64,000 nt of DNA from Candidatus Nitrosomirales archaeon (GCA_049199595.1 JBMCYV010000003.1:28421-92420); one strand, 5' to 3'; positions 54,460 through 63,037 are shown, counted from the stretch's first letter. Notes: generated by a model from the sequence alone, not told the origin. Numbers and translations are program-made.

Positions 54460-54474
54460 TTTCAAAATTTGAAC
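54460..54474. repeat. 15-nt repeat TTTCAAAATTTGAAC, copy 2
   Basis: It is identical to 52090..52104 and lies 100 nt upstream of hisI. Confidence 0.6.
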
Positions 54475-54574
54475 TTACTAAGAACCTCTTCCCAAAAGTA
54501 ACAAGGTTATTTGTTAAATTGCATCTATCCACGTAGATACTATAATATATTGAATTTAGCAGCATTATACCATC

Positions 54575-54901
54575 ATGGACAAGGTGCTTGAAGATATAGA
54601 CTTCAAGAAGGAAGGCGGTCTGATACCCGTTATAATGCAGGATATCAAGACCAAAGATGTTCTCATGCTTGCATATGCAAACAAGGAAGCCTTGGAGCGT
54701 ACAGTAAAAAGCGGCAAGGCATGGTTCTGGAGCAGATCAAGAAACAAGCTATGGATGAAGGGCGAAGAGTCAGGGAATTTTCAGCAGGTCAAGAAGATAA
54801 TGGTAGACTGTGATTCTGACGCGCTAGTATATCTGGTAGAACCTGCAGGACCGGCATGCCACACTGGAAACAGAACTTGCTTCCACAATGACTTGAAGTA
54901 G
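54575..54901 (+). CDS. hisI: Phosphoribosyl-AMP cyclohydrolase
   Basis: GLIPVIMQD, VLMLAYANKEAL, WFWSRSRNKLWMKGEESGN, VDCDSDAL, GPACHTGNRTCF. Confidence 0.9.
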   Translation: MDKVLEDIDFKKEGGLIPVIMQDIKTKDVLMLAYANKEALERTVKSGKAWFWSRSRNKLWMKGEESGNFQQVKKIMVDCDSDALVYLVEPAGPACHTGNRTCFHNDLK

Positions 54902-55390
54902 AATCAAAATCAAAAGTTTTGATCTAGAATTATTTCGCTGTTCCATTCATGTTCTTAATGAGCAAATCCCGAAGCATATGAACCTCCAGGTTTGTCTTGT
55001 TGACAAAATTATAGCAAAGCAGACAGTATTGCCCTATAACCACTTTGTGCCCAAGGAAGTCTACAGTAGCATCTACCATGGGAACTTCTTTTACATGTTT
55101 CTTGCAGTTCATGTCCAATTCTAGACGAACCCGAATGATAAGCGCGTGTATGTAACATGTGTGACAAATCTATATTGATAGTCCATTAACCAACTATAGG
55201 ATACTTCGCATTCACTGATAATCATAATGCAGATCCTCTCAACCACATTCCAAAAATACACTAGCCCGCAAGGAAGATTATGCCCTACAAAGAAAAGACG
55301 TAACTAGCACATCACGATTTGCAGACGAAACAAATTCGGGTCTAGCTTTCATGAACCACACCCGTAGGAATCCAGTCATTTCACGTTATG

Positions 55391-55452
55391 TACGTTCGAT
55401 TAGTAACACGAGTTACTGAAAATTATCCCAGATACTTCATGCCTGTTTATAG
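55391..55452 (+). promoter_or_regulatory. Family promoter module, copy 5
   Basis: GTACGTTCGATTAGTAACACGAGTTACTGAA, then 14 nt, then CTTCATGCCTGTTTATAG, then about 28 nt ending AGAG-ATG. Confidence 0.6.
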
Positions 55453-55479
55453 ACTACGAGCGAAAGATCAAGGTCAGAG

Positions 55480-56229
55480 ATGGAAATGAACACAACAAAC
55501 AGACTAGAGAAACCAAAGTACTTAGCAATAAGTGCAGCAGCACTACTTGTCACAGCATTCGTTCTGGTACAGCCAACTATGCAGACAGCATACGCTGTTG
55601 GTATAGAGGGACTTCCAGCCTATGACAACTGTGCTCCTCGACACGAAACTTTACCTGAAGATCCAATATCCATGAACACCGTAAGGAACAAAGACGTGGT
55701 GAAGACCATACACGCAGAGAAGGAAATCTTCGACTGCCTCCTGACTCAGGGCGCACTCCGAGTCATAGTTGATCTGACAACATACTTGGAAGTATACGAG
55801 AACATTACTTCACAAGAAGTCATAGCGACAAATGCCTTCGCGACAACCTGTATGAAAGACCAAAATACTGCTACAGTAATAGACTGCGAATCAGCTGATG
55901 TGGAATCGAGTCCAGTCTTTGTAAACAACTGCGTCGAAGTAACAAGCTTCGAATTCACGCACCCACAAGAGATGAACACAGTGAACAAGGGCAAAATCGC
56001 AAAGACAATAGAAGCACAGAAAGAGGTCTTCTTCTGTCACCTCAATGATGGTACTCTAAAGAAAGTAGACATTGTACTATTCACAGAGGTATATGAAGAT
56101 CTGAACACACAGACAACATTCCCAGTACAATTCCTTTCAGCAAGATGTGTAGTGCTCGTTACTGACAATGGCGGAGATCTACAAGACGGCGAAGTAGAGT
56201 CCTGCATCTTCAGCGAGATCGAGAACTAA
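55480..56229 (+). CDS. Secreted Cys-patterned two-module protein, family copy 5 (near-minimal form)
   Basis: It has a signal/anchor (YLAISAAALLVTAFVLVQPTMQTAYA), module A (EDPISMNTVRNKDVVKTIHAEKEIFDC), module B (HPQEMNTVNKGKIAKTIEAQKEVFFC) and the C-terminal VESCIFSEIEN. Confidence 0.85.
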   Translation: MEMNTTNRLEKPKYLAISAAALLVTAFVLVQPTMQTAYAVGIEGLPAYDNCAPRHETLPEDPISMNTVRNKDVVKTIHAEKEIFDCLLTQGALRVIVDLTTYLEVYENITSQEVIATNAFATTCMKDQNTATVIDCESADVESSPVFVNNCVEVTSFEFTHPQEMNTVNKGKIAKTIEAQKEVFFCHLNDGTLKKVDIVLFTEVYEDLNTQTTFPVQFLSARCVVLVTDNGGDLQDGEVESCIFSEIEN

Positions 56230-56253
56230 GTACAAAATAACGTAAACACCCCC

Positions 56254-56267
56254 TTTTTCTTTTTTTT
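56254..56267 (+). terminator. Oligo-T tract (TTTTTCTTTTTTTT) after family copy 5
   Basis: It lies 25 nt after the stop codon and is preceded by a C-rich stretch. It is consistent with oligo-T archaeal termination. Confidence 0.4.
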
Positions 56268-56751
56268 AAATCTATAATTGGTAATACCCAGCTTTTGTTA
56301 CTTTGGACAGTATAGCCTATGACATTACATTAACCCGACAACGGTGATACCACAACAAGGAGGGACTCCATCTCTCCTTCTTTTCTGTATAGCATGGGTC
56401 GGGAGTTCTCAGCCAAGTCTAATGCAACGAAACTGCCCAGCTATCCCTAACCCCTCTTTACCTTGATTTCATATACTATGCAGAATGAGAGGTTCCAAAA
56501 AAGAAATACCTTGAACTCTTTCGAATTATCGGATAGATCAGAAACCCCTATTTCATATCTGATAAAAATTTGATAAAGCTGTTGATATTTCTTATAATAA
56601 ATACAAAAAGACAACAGGTTCGACCAGATCGTATAATGTTCGAGATGATTCATGTTATTTATTGTCACCATACAAGAACAGATAAAAGTTAAGTAATACT
56701 AAACTTTATCTTAGCGACCTTTATCTAATATTTTACACACGTGAACTTGTT

Positions 56752-57966
56752 ATGGGAGTTGTTAGAGCGCTAAAGTGTAGAGAATGCGGGAAGGATTACG
56801 AGCCAAGACTGAAGTATGTTTGTGACGATTGTTTTGGCCCGCTGGACGTTGTTTATGGCAGCATCAAGGTTAGCAGGGAAACTTTTGCATCAAGAGAGAA
56901 GACATACTGGCGCTACTTCGAATTATTGCCGATTGCAGACAAAGCTAATATCGTTAGCCTAAGTGCTGGTTTTACACCGCTGCAGAAGGCAGACAGGCTT
57001 GCAACTGAATTAGGGCTGAAAAACCTTTACATTAAAAATGACAGCGTTAATCCAACATTTTCGTTCAAGGACAGACCAGCTGGTGTTGCTGTTTCAAAAG
57101 CCAAGGAGATAAAACTAAGTTCAGTTGGCTGCGCTTCCACAGGCAACTTGGCAAGCGCCACTGCAGCACATGCTGCAAAGGCTGGTCTGCCATGTTATAT
57201 CTTTGCACCGAATGATATCGAACCTGCTAAAATATCGCAGGCCTTGGCATATGGCGCGGAGTTCATTGGCGTCGACGGAACGTATGACGATGCAAACAGA
57301 TTAGCTACGCAGATCGCGGACAGTAAGGGCATGGGTATAGTCAATGTTAACATGCGGCCATACTATGTTGAAGGTTCGAAGACCCTTGCGTTTGAAGTTG
57401 CGGAACAACTGGATTGGCAGGTGCCTGATCATCTCGTGATCCCGGTTGCGAGCGGCGCTATGCTAAACTCAATATGCAAGGGATTTGAGGAACTCCATGA
57501 GCTTAACCTGTTAAACGGCATATCTGACCTGAAGGTTACGGCTGCGCAGGGAAAGGGATGCGCTCCCATAGTGGACGCTTTCAAGCGTAATAGCGATGAG
57601 ATAATACCTGTAGAGCATCCGGAAACCATTGCGAAAAGCTTAGCAATAGGAGACCCTGGCGACGGTTTATACGCATTGAGAAGGATAAGACAGTATCACG
57701 GCTTTGCCGAGGATCCTGGTGATAAGGAGATTATAGATGCCATAATACTTCTTGCAAAGACTGAAGGCATCTTCACCGAACCTGCTGGAGGCGTTGCTGT
57801 GGCAGCGTTAAGAAGACTAGTGGAAGAGGGCAAGATAGATAAGAACGAATCTGTGATCTGTTATGTAACTGGCAACGGACTAAAGGCAACGGAAGCTATA
57901 ATGGGTGCTATACCGAAGCCCAAGATAGTAAGGCCAGACATAACTCAGGTGTTAGCACTGTGGTAG
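56752..57966 (+). CDS. thrC: Threonine synthase (PLP fold-type II) with N-terminal zinc ribbon
   Basis: CRECG..x..CDDCFG is a zinc ribbon. The PLP lysine lies in NPTFSFKDRPAG, and CASTGNLA and TGNGLK are present. The stop is 8 nt before the Ubl-E1 gene. Confidence 0.85.
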   Translation: MGVVRALKCRECGKDYEPRLKYVCDDCFGPLDVVYGSIKVSRETFASREKTYWRYFELLPIADKANIVSLSAGFTPLQKADRLATELGLKNLYIKNDSVNPTFSFKDRPAGVAVSKAKEIKLSSVGCASTGNLASATAAHAAKAGLPCYIFAPNDIEPAKISQALAYGAEFIGVDGTYDDANRLATQIADSKGMGIVNVNMRPYYVEGSKTLAFEVAEQLDWQVPDHLVIPVASGAMLNSICKGFEELHELNLLNGISDLKVTAAQGKGCAPIVDAFKRNSDEIIPVEHPETIAKSLAIGDPGDGLYALRRIRQYHGFAEDPGDKEIIDAIILLAKTEGIFTEPAGGVAVAALRRLVEEGKIDKNESVICYVTGNGLKATEAIMGAIPKPKIVRPDITQVLALW

Positions 57967-57974
57967 GTGAGCAC

Positions 57975-59300
57975 ATGGCAAAAGTAGAGTTTGTTATTCC
58001 ATCTGTCTTGAACAAGGGAGAGGGAGAGAAGAAGGTAAGCGTTGATGCCAGTACATTGAACGATGCAATCAACGACATTGTATCAAAGTTCGGCGAGGAC
58101 TTTTCCAGAAGGATATTGGATACAAACGGCAAGCCGAGGTCGCTTATCAACATCTACATTAATGGAAAGAACATGCGTTTCACTGGAGGAATGACGACAT
58201 TGCTGAAGGACGGTGATCAGATAATTATTCTGCCAGCGGTTGCTGGAGGTTCTGACTTTAACAACCATGAGCTTGAAAGATATTCTAGGCAGATAATGCT
58301 TGAGGGTATAGGCTATGATGGGCAGCTAAAGTTGCGAGATGCGAAGATCTGTGTTGTTGGCGTAGGCGGTCTTGGCACTCCAATAGTATCACAACTTACT
58401 GCCATGGGCGTTGGCCATCTCAGGATAGTTGATCGTGACGTCGTGGAACTCTCCAATCTTCACAGGCAGACAATATACAACGATTCTGATATAGGACAAG
58501 TAAAGGTCGAGGTTGCTGCCAAGAAACTGAAAGCAATGAATCCCAACATAGAGGTCGAACCATTGCCAGTCTCCATCAACGATTACACAGCTCCGAAGAT
58601 TATTCAGGGTTGCGATGTTGTGATTGATGGTTTGGATAGCGTCATGGCAAGGTACGCGCTTAACGATGCCTGCTTGCAGCTAAAGATACCATACGTTTAT
58701 GGCGGCGCGATTAGCCTTCTAGGTTCTGCATGTACTATAATTCCTGACGAGACCGCGTGCTTGCGCTGCATATTCCCGAGCCTTGCTGAGGATGATATGC
58801 CTACCTGCAGCACTGAAGGTATTCATCCTTCCGTTCTTTCAGTAATTGCTGGCACCGAAGTTTCAGAGGCTGTGAAGATCATAGTGGGGCAGAAACCCAA
58901 ACTCTTAAACAAGTTACTGTACTTTGATCTTGCTGACCTTACCTTTGATCTTATAGAAATAAAACGCAACCCAGAATGCACTTCATGCGGTAACGGCAAG
59001 AAGGAGGTGCAGCCAGCCCTGAAGGATAACTTGTTTGTTGAAGAATTATGTGGAAGGGATAGAGGTAAGCGAACTTTTTCGATAACACCTGCTGGTTTGC
59101 TGAGCATTGATGTAAAGACGGTGCAGAACAAGGCTGCCAAAAGCGGGTTTAACATTGAGAGTAATGGGTCAATGGGAGTAACAATGAAACAAAATGGAAA
59201 GCTTTCGTTTAGTCTTTTGCAGAGTGGGGCAGCAGTTATCGTTGGAGCGAAAGACGAGAAGGATGCTTTGAGCATATACAAAGAGTTTGTGACCATATAG
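57975..59300 (+). CDS. Fusion protein: MoaD/ThiS/SAMP-like ubiquitin-fold domain ending in Gly-Gly, joined in frame to an E1-like (ThiF/MoeB/UbaA) adenylyltransferase plus an extra C-terminal domain
   Basis: The N-terminal 92 aa (MAKVEFVIPS...INGKNMRFTGGMTTLLKDGDQIIILPAVAGG) fit the MoaD pattern, including a diglycine at 58245-58250. Next come ERYSRQIMLEGIGYDGQ, the nucleotide loop VVGVGGLGTPI, RIVDRDVVELSNLHRQ, and two CxxC pairs (CLRC, CTSC). About 90 further residues are of unknown fold. Confidence 0.85.
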   Translation: MAKVEFVIPSVLNKGEGEKKVSVDASTLNDAINDIVSKFGEDFSRRILDTNGKPRSLINIYINGKNMRFTGGMTTLLKDGDQIIILPAVAGGSDFNNHELERYSRQIMLEGIGYDGQLKLRDAKICVVGVGGLGTPIVSQLTAMGVGHLRIVDRDVVELSNLHRQTIYNDSDIGQVKVEVAAKKLKAMNPNIEVEPLPVSINDYTAPKIIQGCDVVIDGLDSVMARYALNDACLQLKIPYVYGGAISLLGSACTIIPDETACLRCIFPSLAEDDMPTCSTEGIHPSVLSVIAGTEVSEAVKIIVGQKPKLLNKLLYFDLADLTFDLIEIKRNPECTSCGNGKKEVQPALKDNLFVEELCGRDRGKRTFSITPAGLLSIDVKTVQNKAAKSGFNIESNGSMGVTMKQNGKLSFSLLQSGAAVIVGAKDEKDALSIYKEFVTI

Positions 59301-59428
59301 CGTTATTTTCATTTCTAGTTAGCATCATTATGTTATGTAACAATTCGCAGCATTTGAGCTGCGTTTGTCAATTCTGCACGCACGCTCAAACGATCTGATT
59401 TTATACACATAATAGAAATTACTGCTGA

Positions 59429-59743
59429 TTGAGTTTAGATAAAGCTACAATAGAAAAAAGAATTACAGCCCACATCAAGTTAACAGAACATGCGAGGCTC
59501 GCAATGAGGGATGACAATTTAACTACTGTTGACGTTTTGGAAGCTATACAGAATTTCGAAATAATGGAAGAGTATCCCAACTCTAAACCCTTCCCGTCAT
59601 GTTTACTGTTGTGTTGGCTGAAAGGAAAGAATCCTTTGCATTTAGTGTGTGCACTGCCAAAACATGTAGATATGTTAATAATTGTGACTTTGTATATACC
59701 TTCGAAAGAGGAGTGGCCAGATTACAGGAGACGAAGGAAATGA
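59429..59743 (+). CDS. DUF4258-family putative toxin
   Basis: ITAHIKLTEHARLAMRDDNLTTVDVLEAIQNFEIMEEYPNSKPFPSCLLLCW..GKNPLHLVCA...IVTLYIPSKEEW matches the DUF4258 pattern. TTG start. The stop overlaps the next ATG (ATGA). Confidence 0.7.
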   Translation: MSLDKATIEKRITAHIKLTEHARLAMRDDNLTTVDVLEAIQNFEIMEEYPNSKPFPSCLLLCWLKGKNPLHLVCALPKHVDMLIIVTLYIPSKEEWPDYRRRRK

Positions 59744-59988
59744 AGCTTGGCGTATGTCCTATTTGTAGCGGAAAAACTGCAAGAAAGCGCGTAGATCTAA
59801 CAGAGTCAGTAAAGGGCAGACTGGTTGTCATAAAGAGCGTTAAAGCGGAGGTATGTTCGCAATGTGGTGAACGCCTGTACTCGCAAGATGAAATGCAAAA
59901 AATTGATGCATTTCTGCGGAAAGTGAAAACAGGATCTGTAAAACCCAGAAGTAGAAAGCAGGTTGAAGTATACTCACTTGGTTACTAA
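59740..59988 (+). CDS. YgiT/MqsA-type zinc-ribbon putative antitoxin
   Basis: From ATG 59740: MKLGVCPICSGKTARKRVDLTESVKGRLVVIKSVKAEVCSQCGERLYSQDEMQKID. This is the typical CxxC...CxxCGE YgiT-type finger. The track ORF 59599..59988 includes a spurious 5' extension. Confidence 0.7.
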   Translation: MKLGVCPICSGKTARKRVDLTESVKGRLVVIKSVKAEVCSQCGERLYSQDEMQKIDAFLRKVKTGSVKPRSRKQVEVYSLGY

Positions 59989-60000
59989 ATGTGAGCGTAA

Positions 60001-60132
60001 ATGAAGAAGGTAAAAGATCCAGTCCAAGCAATGAGAGGTTTATTCAAAGGAAAGACCAAGAGATCGTCGGTAGAGTTGGTTAGACAATTAAGAGAGGAAT
60101 GGGAAAGAGACTTGGAAAACGAGCTGAAATGA
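60001..60132 (+). CDS. Possible 43-aa VapB-like antitoxin micro-ORF
   Basis: Hand translation gives MKKVKDPVQAMRGLFKGKTKRSSVELVRQLREEWERDLENELK. It resembles the C-terminal parts of archaeal type II antitoxins. It is followed immediately by a PIN-like remnant. Confidence 0.35.
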   Translation: MKKVKDPVQAMRGLFKGKTKRSSVELVRQLREEWERDLENELK

Positions 60133-60249
60133 ATCCTTATCGATAGAGGAATATTTGTTAACGTTCTGAACGAAGAATCAGATTCAGAATCATCGGCAAG
60201 GCTATGTAATAAATGTCACTCCGGTTATGCGCTGAGGGTTGTTGGTTAA
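60133..60249 (+). pseudogene. Probable remnant of a PIN-domain (VapC-like) toxin gene
   Basis: The reading frame after the micro-ORF stop gives ILIDRGIFVNVLNEESDSESSARL.., like the N-terminus of PIN toxins (xLIDTxIFI with the first acidic residue). However, it has no in-frame ATG (the overlapping ATGA start is in another frame and stops after 5 codons), and it terminates after 38 codons. Confidence 0.3.
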
Positions 60250-60426
60250 CGTATAAGGCGCATCAGAACTCTACAACAAAGGCTCGATTTGTCTTGATAA
60301 CTATGTGCTAAAGCGATATACCGAACGACACCATTTCGAGTTTAATATCATTGACTATCCATACTATAGCTACAAAGAAAAATATCTATAAGTCAAGTTA
60401 CAATTAGGATAAATATCAATTCAGAG

Positions 60427-61422
60427 ATGAATATTCGGATGCAATTAAAATCACCTCTCGCGTACATTCTCCTCATTATTCTCAGCCTTGGCGCCGTATC
60501 ATACGGTTTCTTAGCTGGAGATGATCTTGGTAGGGCAGTCGATGTTTATGGCTTATCCTTGACAGATGATGATCAAGGTGATGATGATCAGGGTGATAAT
60601 GAAGACGATCATGATGATGACGAAGATGGTGATGAAATTCCAGATAACGAAGATCCTGACGATGATAATGATGGTATTGATGATATAGACGAAGACGACG
60701 ATAATGATCAGGTACCAAACAATGAAGACGAAGACGACGACGGCGATGGCGTCTTGGACCCCGATGAAGATGATGATGAGGATGGTCTGCCAAACAATGA
60801 AGACCCAGATGACGACGGCGACGGTCTTAACGACGTGGATGAAGACGAGGATAATGATCAGGTACCAAACAATGAAGACCCAGACGATGATGGCGATGAT
60901 ACATCGGATGCAAAGGAGGACGATGATGATGACGATATACCTGACATAGATGATCCTGACGACGATGGCGACGGTCTTCCAGATGTTGATGAAGATGATG
61001 ATGGCGATGGCGTACCAAACAATGAGGATAATGATGACGATGGTGATGGAACGGAGGACGAAGACGAGGGAAGTCCTAACGACGATGAAATAATAGGCAC
61101 CAAGGGAGCTGATACAATATCAGGGAGTGCAGGAGATGACTCTCTGGACGGCGCAAATCGCAAGGACACGATCAATGGAGGCGACGGTGACGATACAATA
61201 TTTGGAGGCAATGGAAAGGACATACTATCTGGCGGCAATGGTGATGATACAATCGATGGCGGTAATGGGAGGGACACGATCGATGGAGGCGACGGTGACG
61301 ATACAATATTTGGAGGCAATGGAAAGGACACTATCGATTGTGGTGATGGGAATGATACGGCAGATGGCGGCCGTGGAAATGATATCTTCATAAACTGTGA
61401 AACCATAATTGATGAAACTTAA
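60427..61422 (+). CDS. Secreted, highly acidic calcium-binding repeat protein: thrombospondin type-3-like repeats followed by RTX (hemolysin-type) nonapeptide repeats
   Basis: It has a signal/anchor (LAYILLIILSLGAVSYGFLAG). About eight D-rich units follow (NNEDPDDDGDGLNDVDEDEDNDQVP). About nine GGxGxD-type repeats come next (GGDGDDTIFGGNGKDILSGGNGDDTIDGGNGRDTIDGG...). Confidence 0.8.
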   Translation: MNIRMQLKSPLAYILLIILSLGAVSYGFLAGDDLGRAVDVYGLSLTDDDQGDDDQGDNEDDHDDDEDGDEIPDNEDPDDDNDGIDDIDEDDDNDQVPNNEDEDDDGDGVLDPDEDDDEDGLPNNEDPDDDGDGLNDVDEDEDNDQVPNNEDPDDDGDDTSDAKEDDDDDDIPDIDDPDDDGDGLPDVDEDDDGDGVPNNEDNDDDGDGTEDEDEGSPNDDEIIGTKGADTISGSAGDDSLDGANRKDTINGGDGDDTIFGGNGKDILSGGNGDDTIDGGNGRDTIDGGDGDDTIFGGNGKDTIDCGDGNDTADGGRGNDIFINCETIIDET

Positions 61423-61518
61423 CTTCTGCTTCAACTAAGCTTTTGTAACTGCGATCATTGGCGCATGCCTAAAGCAAGTTAAGAAAGGTTAAATACGTTC
61501 TGGGAACTTTTTTCACTT

Positions 61519-62157
61519 GTGAATTCTAGGTCGCTCGTTATTGGTTCGATAGCTGTGGGCATAGCGATAGGATACATAGCTGGCTTTCTTACATACTACA
61601 ACGCATTGAGCGACGTGGAGAGCACGAATGCTACTGCGATGCAGAGCGAACTTGATAACCTGAAGGGCGAACTCGAAAAATCCAATGTGCGCTTGTCGGT
61701 ATTGAACGATGACAACGAAAAACTAAGGACAAGTCTGTCACAAATACGCGCAGATAACGAAGCTCTGCGGAAGAGCGTCGATTCCTTGCAAAAATCTATC
61801 GAGCCTAACGGTTCGCTGGCAAGGATCGAGCGCGGCATGAACTTGCTTTACATGGCATCCGAGCCCATGCCTTTTGCCGGTCAGGAACTCGTCGCCTGGC
61901 GACTATCGGTAGTTAACGAAACCGCGAAACTTGATCCAGCACTAGTGCCTACCATGCTTACTCTAGTCGACGCATGGTCCGACATAGTGCAGTTCGAGGA
62001 GAACGAGCCGGAACCCGATACGGATGCATGGAACCAATGGAATATCGAATGGCAGGTCAAGGCCCTGAAGTATATAGCAGCATACAATTCTGCCGTGTCA
62101 CAGATAATTGCGGTAATAATTCACGATGTAGATTCGCTGAAGGCTTCCCTTCCCTAG
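61519..62157 (+). CDS. N-terminally anchored coiled-coil hypothetical protein
   Basis: It has a TM segment (LVIGSIAVGIAIGYIAGFLTY) and heptad-like LDNLKGELEKSNVRLSVLNDDNEKLRTSLSQIRADNEALRKSVDSLQKS. GTG start. Confidence 0.45.
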   Translation: MNSRSLVIGSIAVGIAIGYIAGFLTYYNALSDVESTNATAMQSELDNLKGELEKSNVRLSVLNDDNEKLRTSLSQIRADNEALRKSVDSLQKSIEPNGSLARIERGMNLLYMASEPMPFAGQELVAWRLSVVNETAKLDPALVPTMLTLVDAWSDIVQFEENEPEPDTDAWNQWNIEWQVKALKYIAAYNSAVSQIIAVIIHDVDSLKASLP

Positions 62158-62951
62158 TCTTTTCTGAAAGCACTTGAAGCCATGTCAAAGTATCCCATCC
62201 TTGCAAGTGTTATGATTGCTGCAGTAATTGCAATGGGAATAATGATTATTGCCCCAAGGCTTGCCGTAAATACTATTATCGATACCATCAAGACAGACAA
62301 TGCTACAGGTATGGAAGATGCATAGCTAAGGTTCTTTGCGCTGCTTATGGCAGAGGAGGCAATGAATAATGACAGCGCATACAGGGGCAATGATACAACA
62401 TAACTATGCTCTAGTTCATTGAGCAACGAAAACGCTACTACAGGAACCGTTGCTATTGATATTCCAGACGCCAATGCAAGCATTCCGTGTCCAGGTTTTG
62501 CGCCAGCAGCTATGCTCAATCCTTCTGCTGCCAATACTGATAAAACCCATCCTAAACCAATTGATTCAGCAATACCTCCATGGTTTACCGGGAGCATGAT
62601 CAACTGTCCTGAGTTTGCATATAGGATAATGTAGAGCTGCAGAACAGCAAGTATAGTTATTATCGATGTATACTTGCTGCGCATTGCAGGCATGATGAAG
62701 GAAGCATACCATGATTGTTTTGGCAGTTGAATGATATTCTTGGTTGCATAAGCCTCATGACCCTTTGCGGAGAGCAGGTAACGCTTCTGCTCGTCCTGTG
62801 TCAAGTACTCGTTCAATTTCGAAAGGTGATGATATAATGATCCAGTGCTCATGCCTGTTTCTTGTTTAAGGTCCTTGATCGTGATCGGGCCTTTTTTGCC
62901 GATTAATTCAAGCAACTTCTGCCTCGGATTCTCCTGGGTTACTGTCAACAA
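62154..62951 (-). CDS. Winged-helix DNA-binding domain fused to a polytopic membrane domain
   Basis: The N-terminus is LLELIGKKGPITIKDLKQETGMSTGSLYHHLSKL (ArsR-like HTH). Five to six TM segments follow. It is divergently oriented to family copy 6. Confidence 0.6.
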   Translation of the reverse strand: MLTVTQENPRQKLLELIGKKGPITIKDLKQETGMSTGSLYHHLSKLNEYLTQDEQKRYLLSAKGHEAYATKNIIQLPKQSWYASFIMPAMRSKYTSIITILAVLQLYIILYANSGQLIMLPVNHGGIAESIGLGWVLSVLAAEGLSIAAGAKPGHGMLALASGISIATVPVVAFSLLNELEHSYVVSLPLYALSLFIASSAISSAKNLSYASSIPVALSVLMVSIIVFTASLGAIIIIPIAITAAIITLARMGYFDMASSAFRKD

Positions 62952-63037
62952 CAGATCTTGCTCTGCTGTGATTAAAAACGTGTCGTAAATTTTAGTTACT
63001 ATGGATCTTTAAGACCACACGAAGCCATCAAGATCTA

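Noticed and set aside
60482-61434. Six overlapping ORFs in other frames and strands across the acidic repeat gene (for example 60858..61406 minus, 182 aa; 60482..60793 minus; 61127..61393 plus).
   Set aside because: They are repeat-induced open frames within 60427..61422. Only the + strand frame starting at 60427 gives a signal peptide plus recognisable TSP3/RTX calcium-binding repeats.
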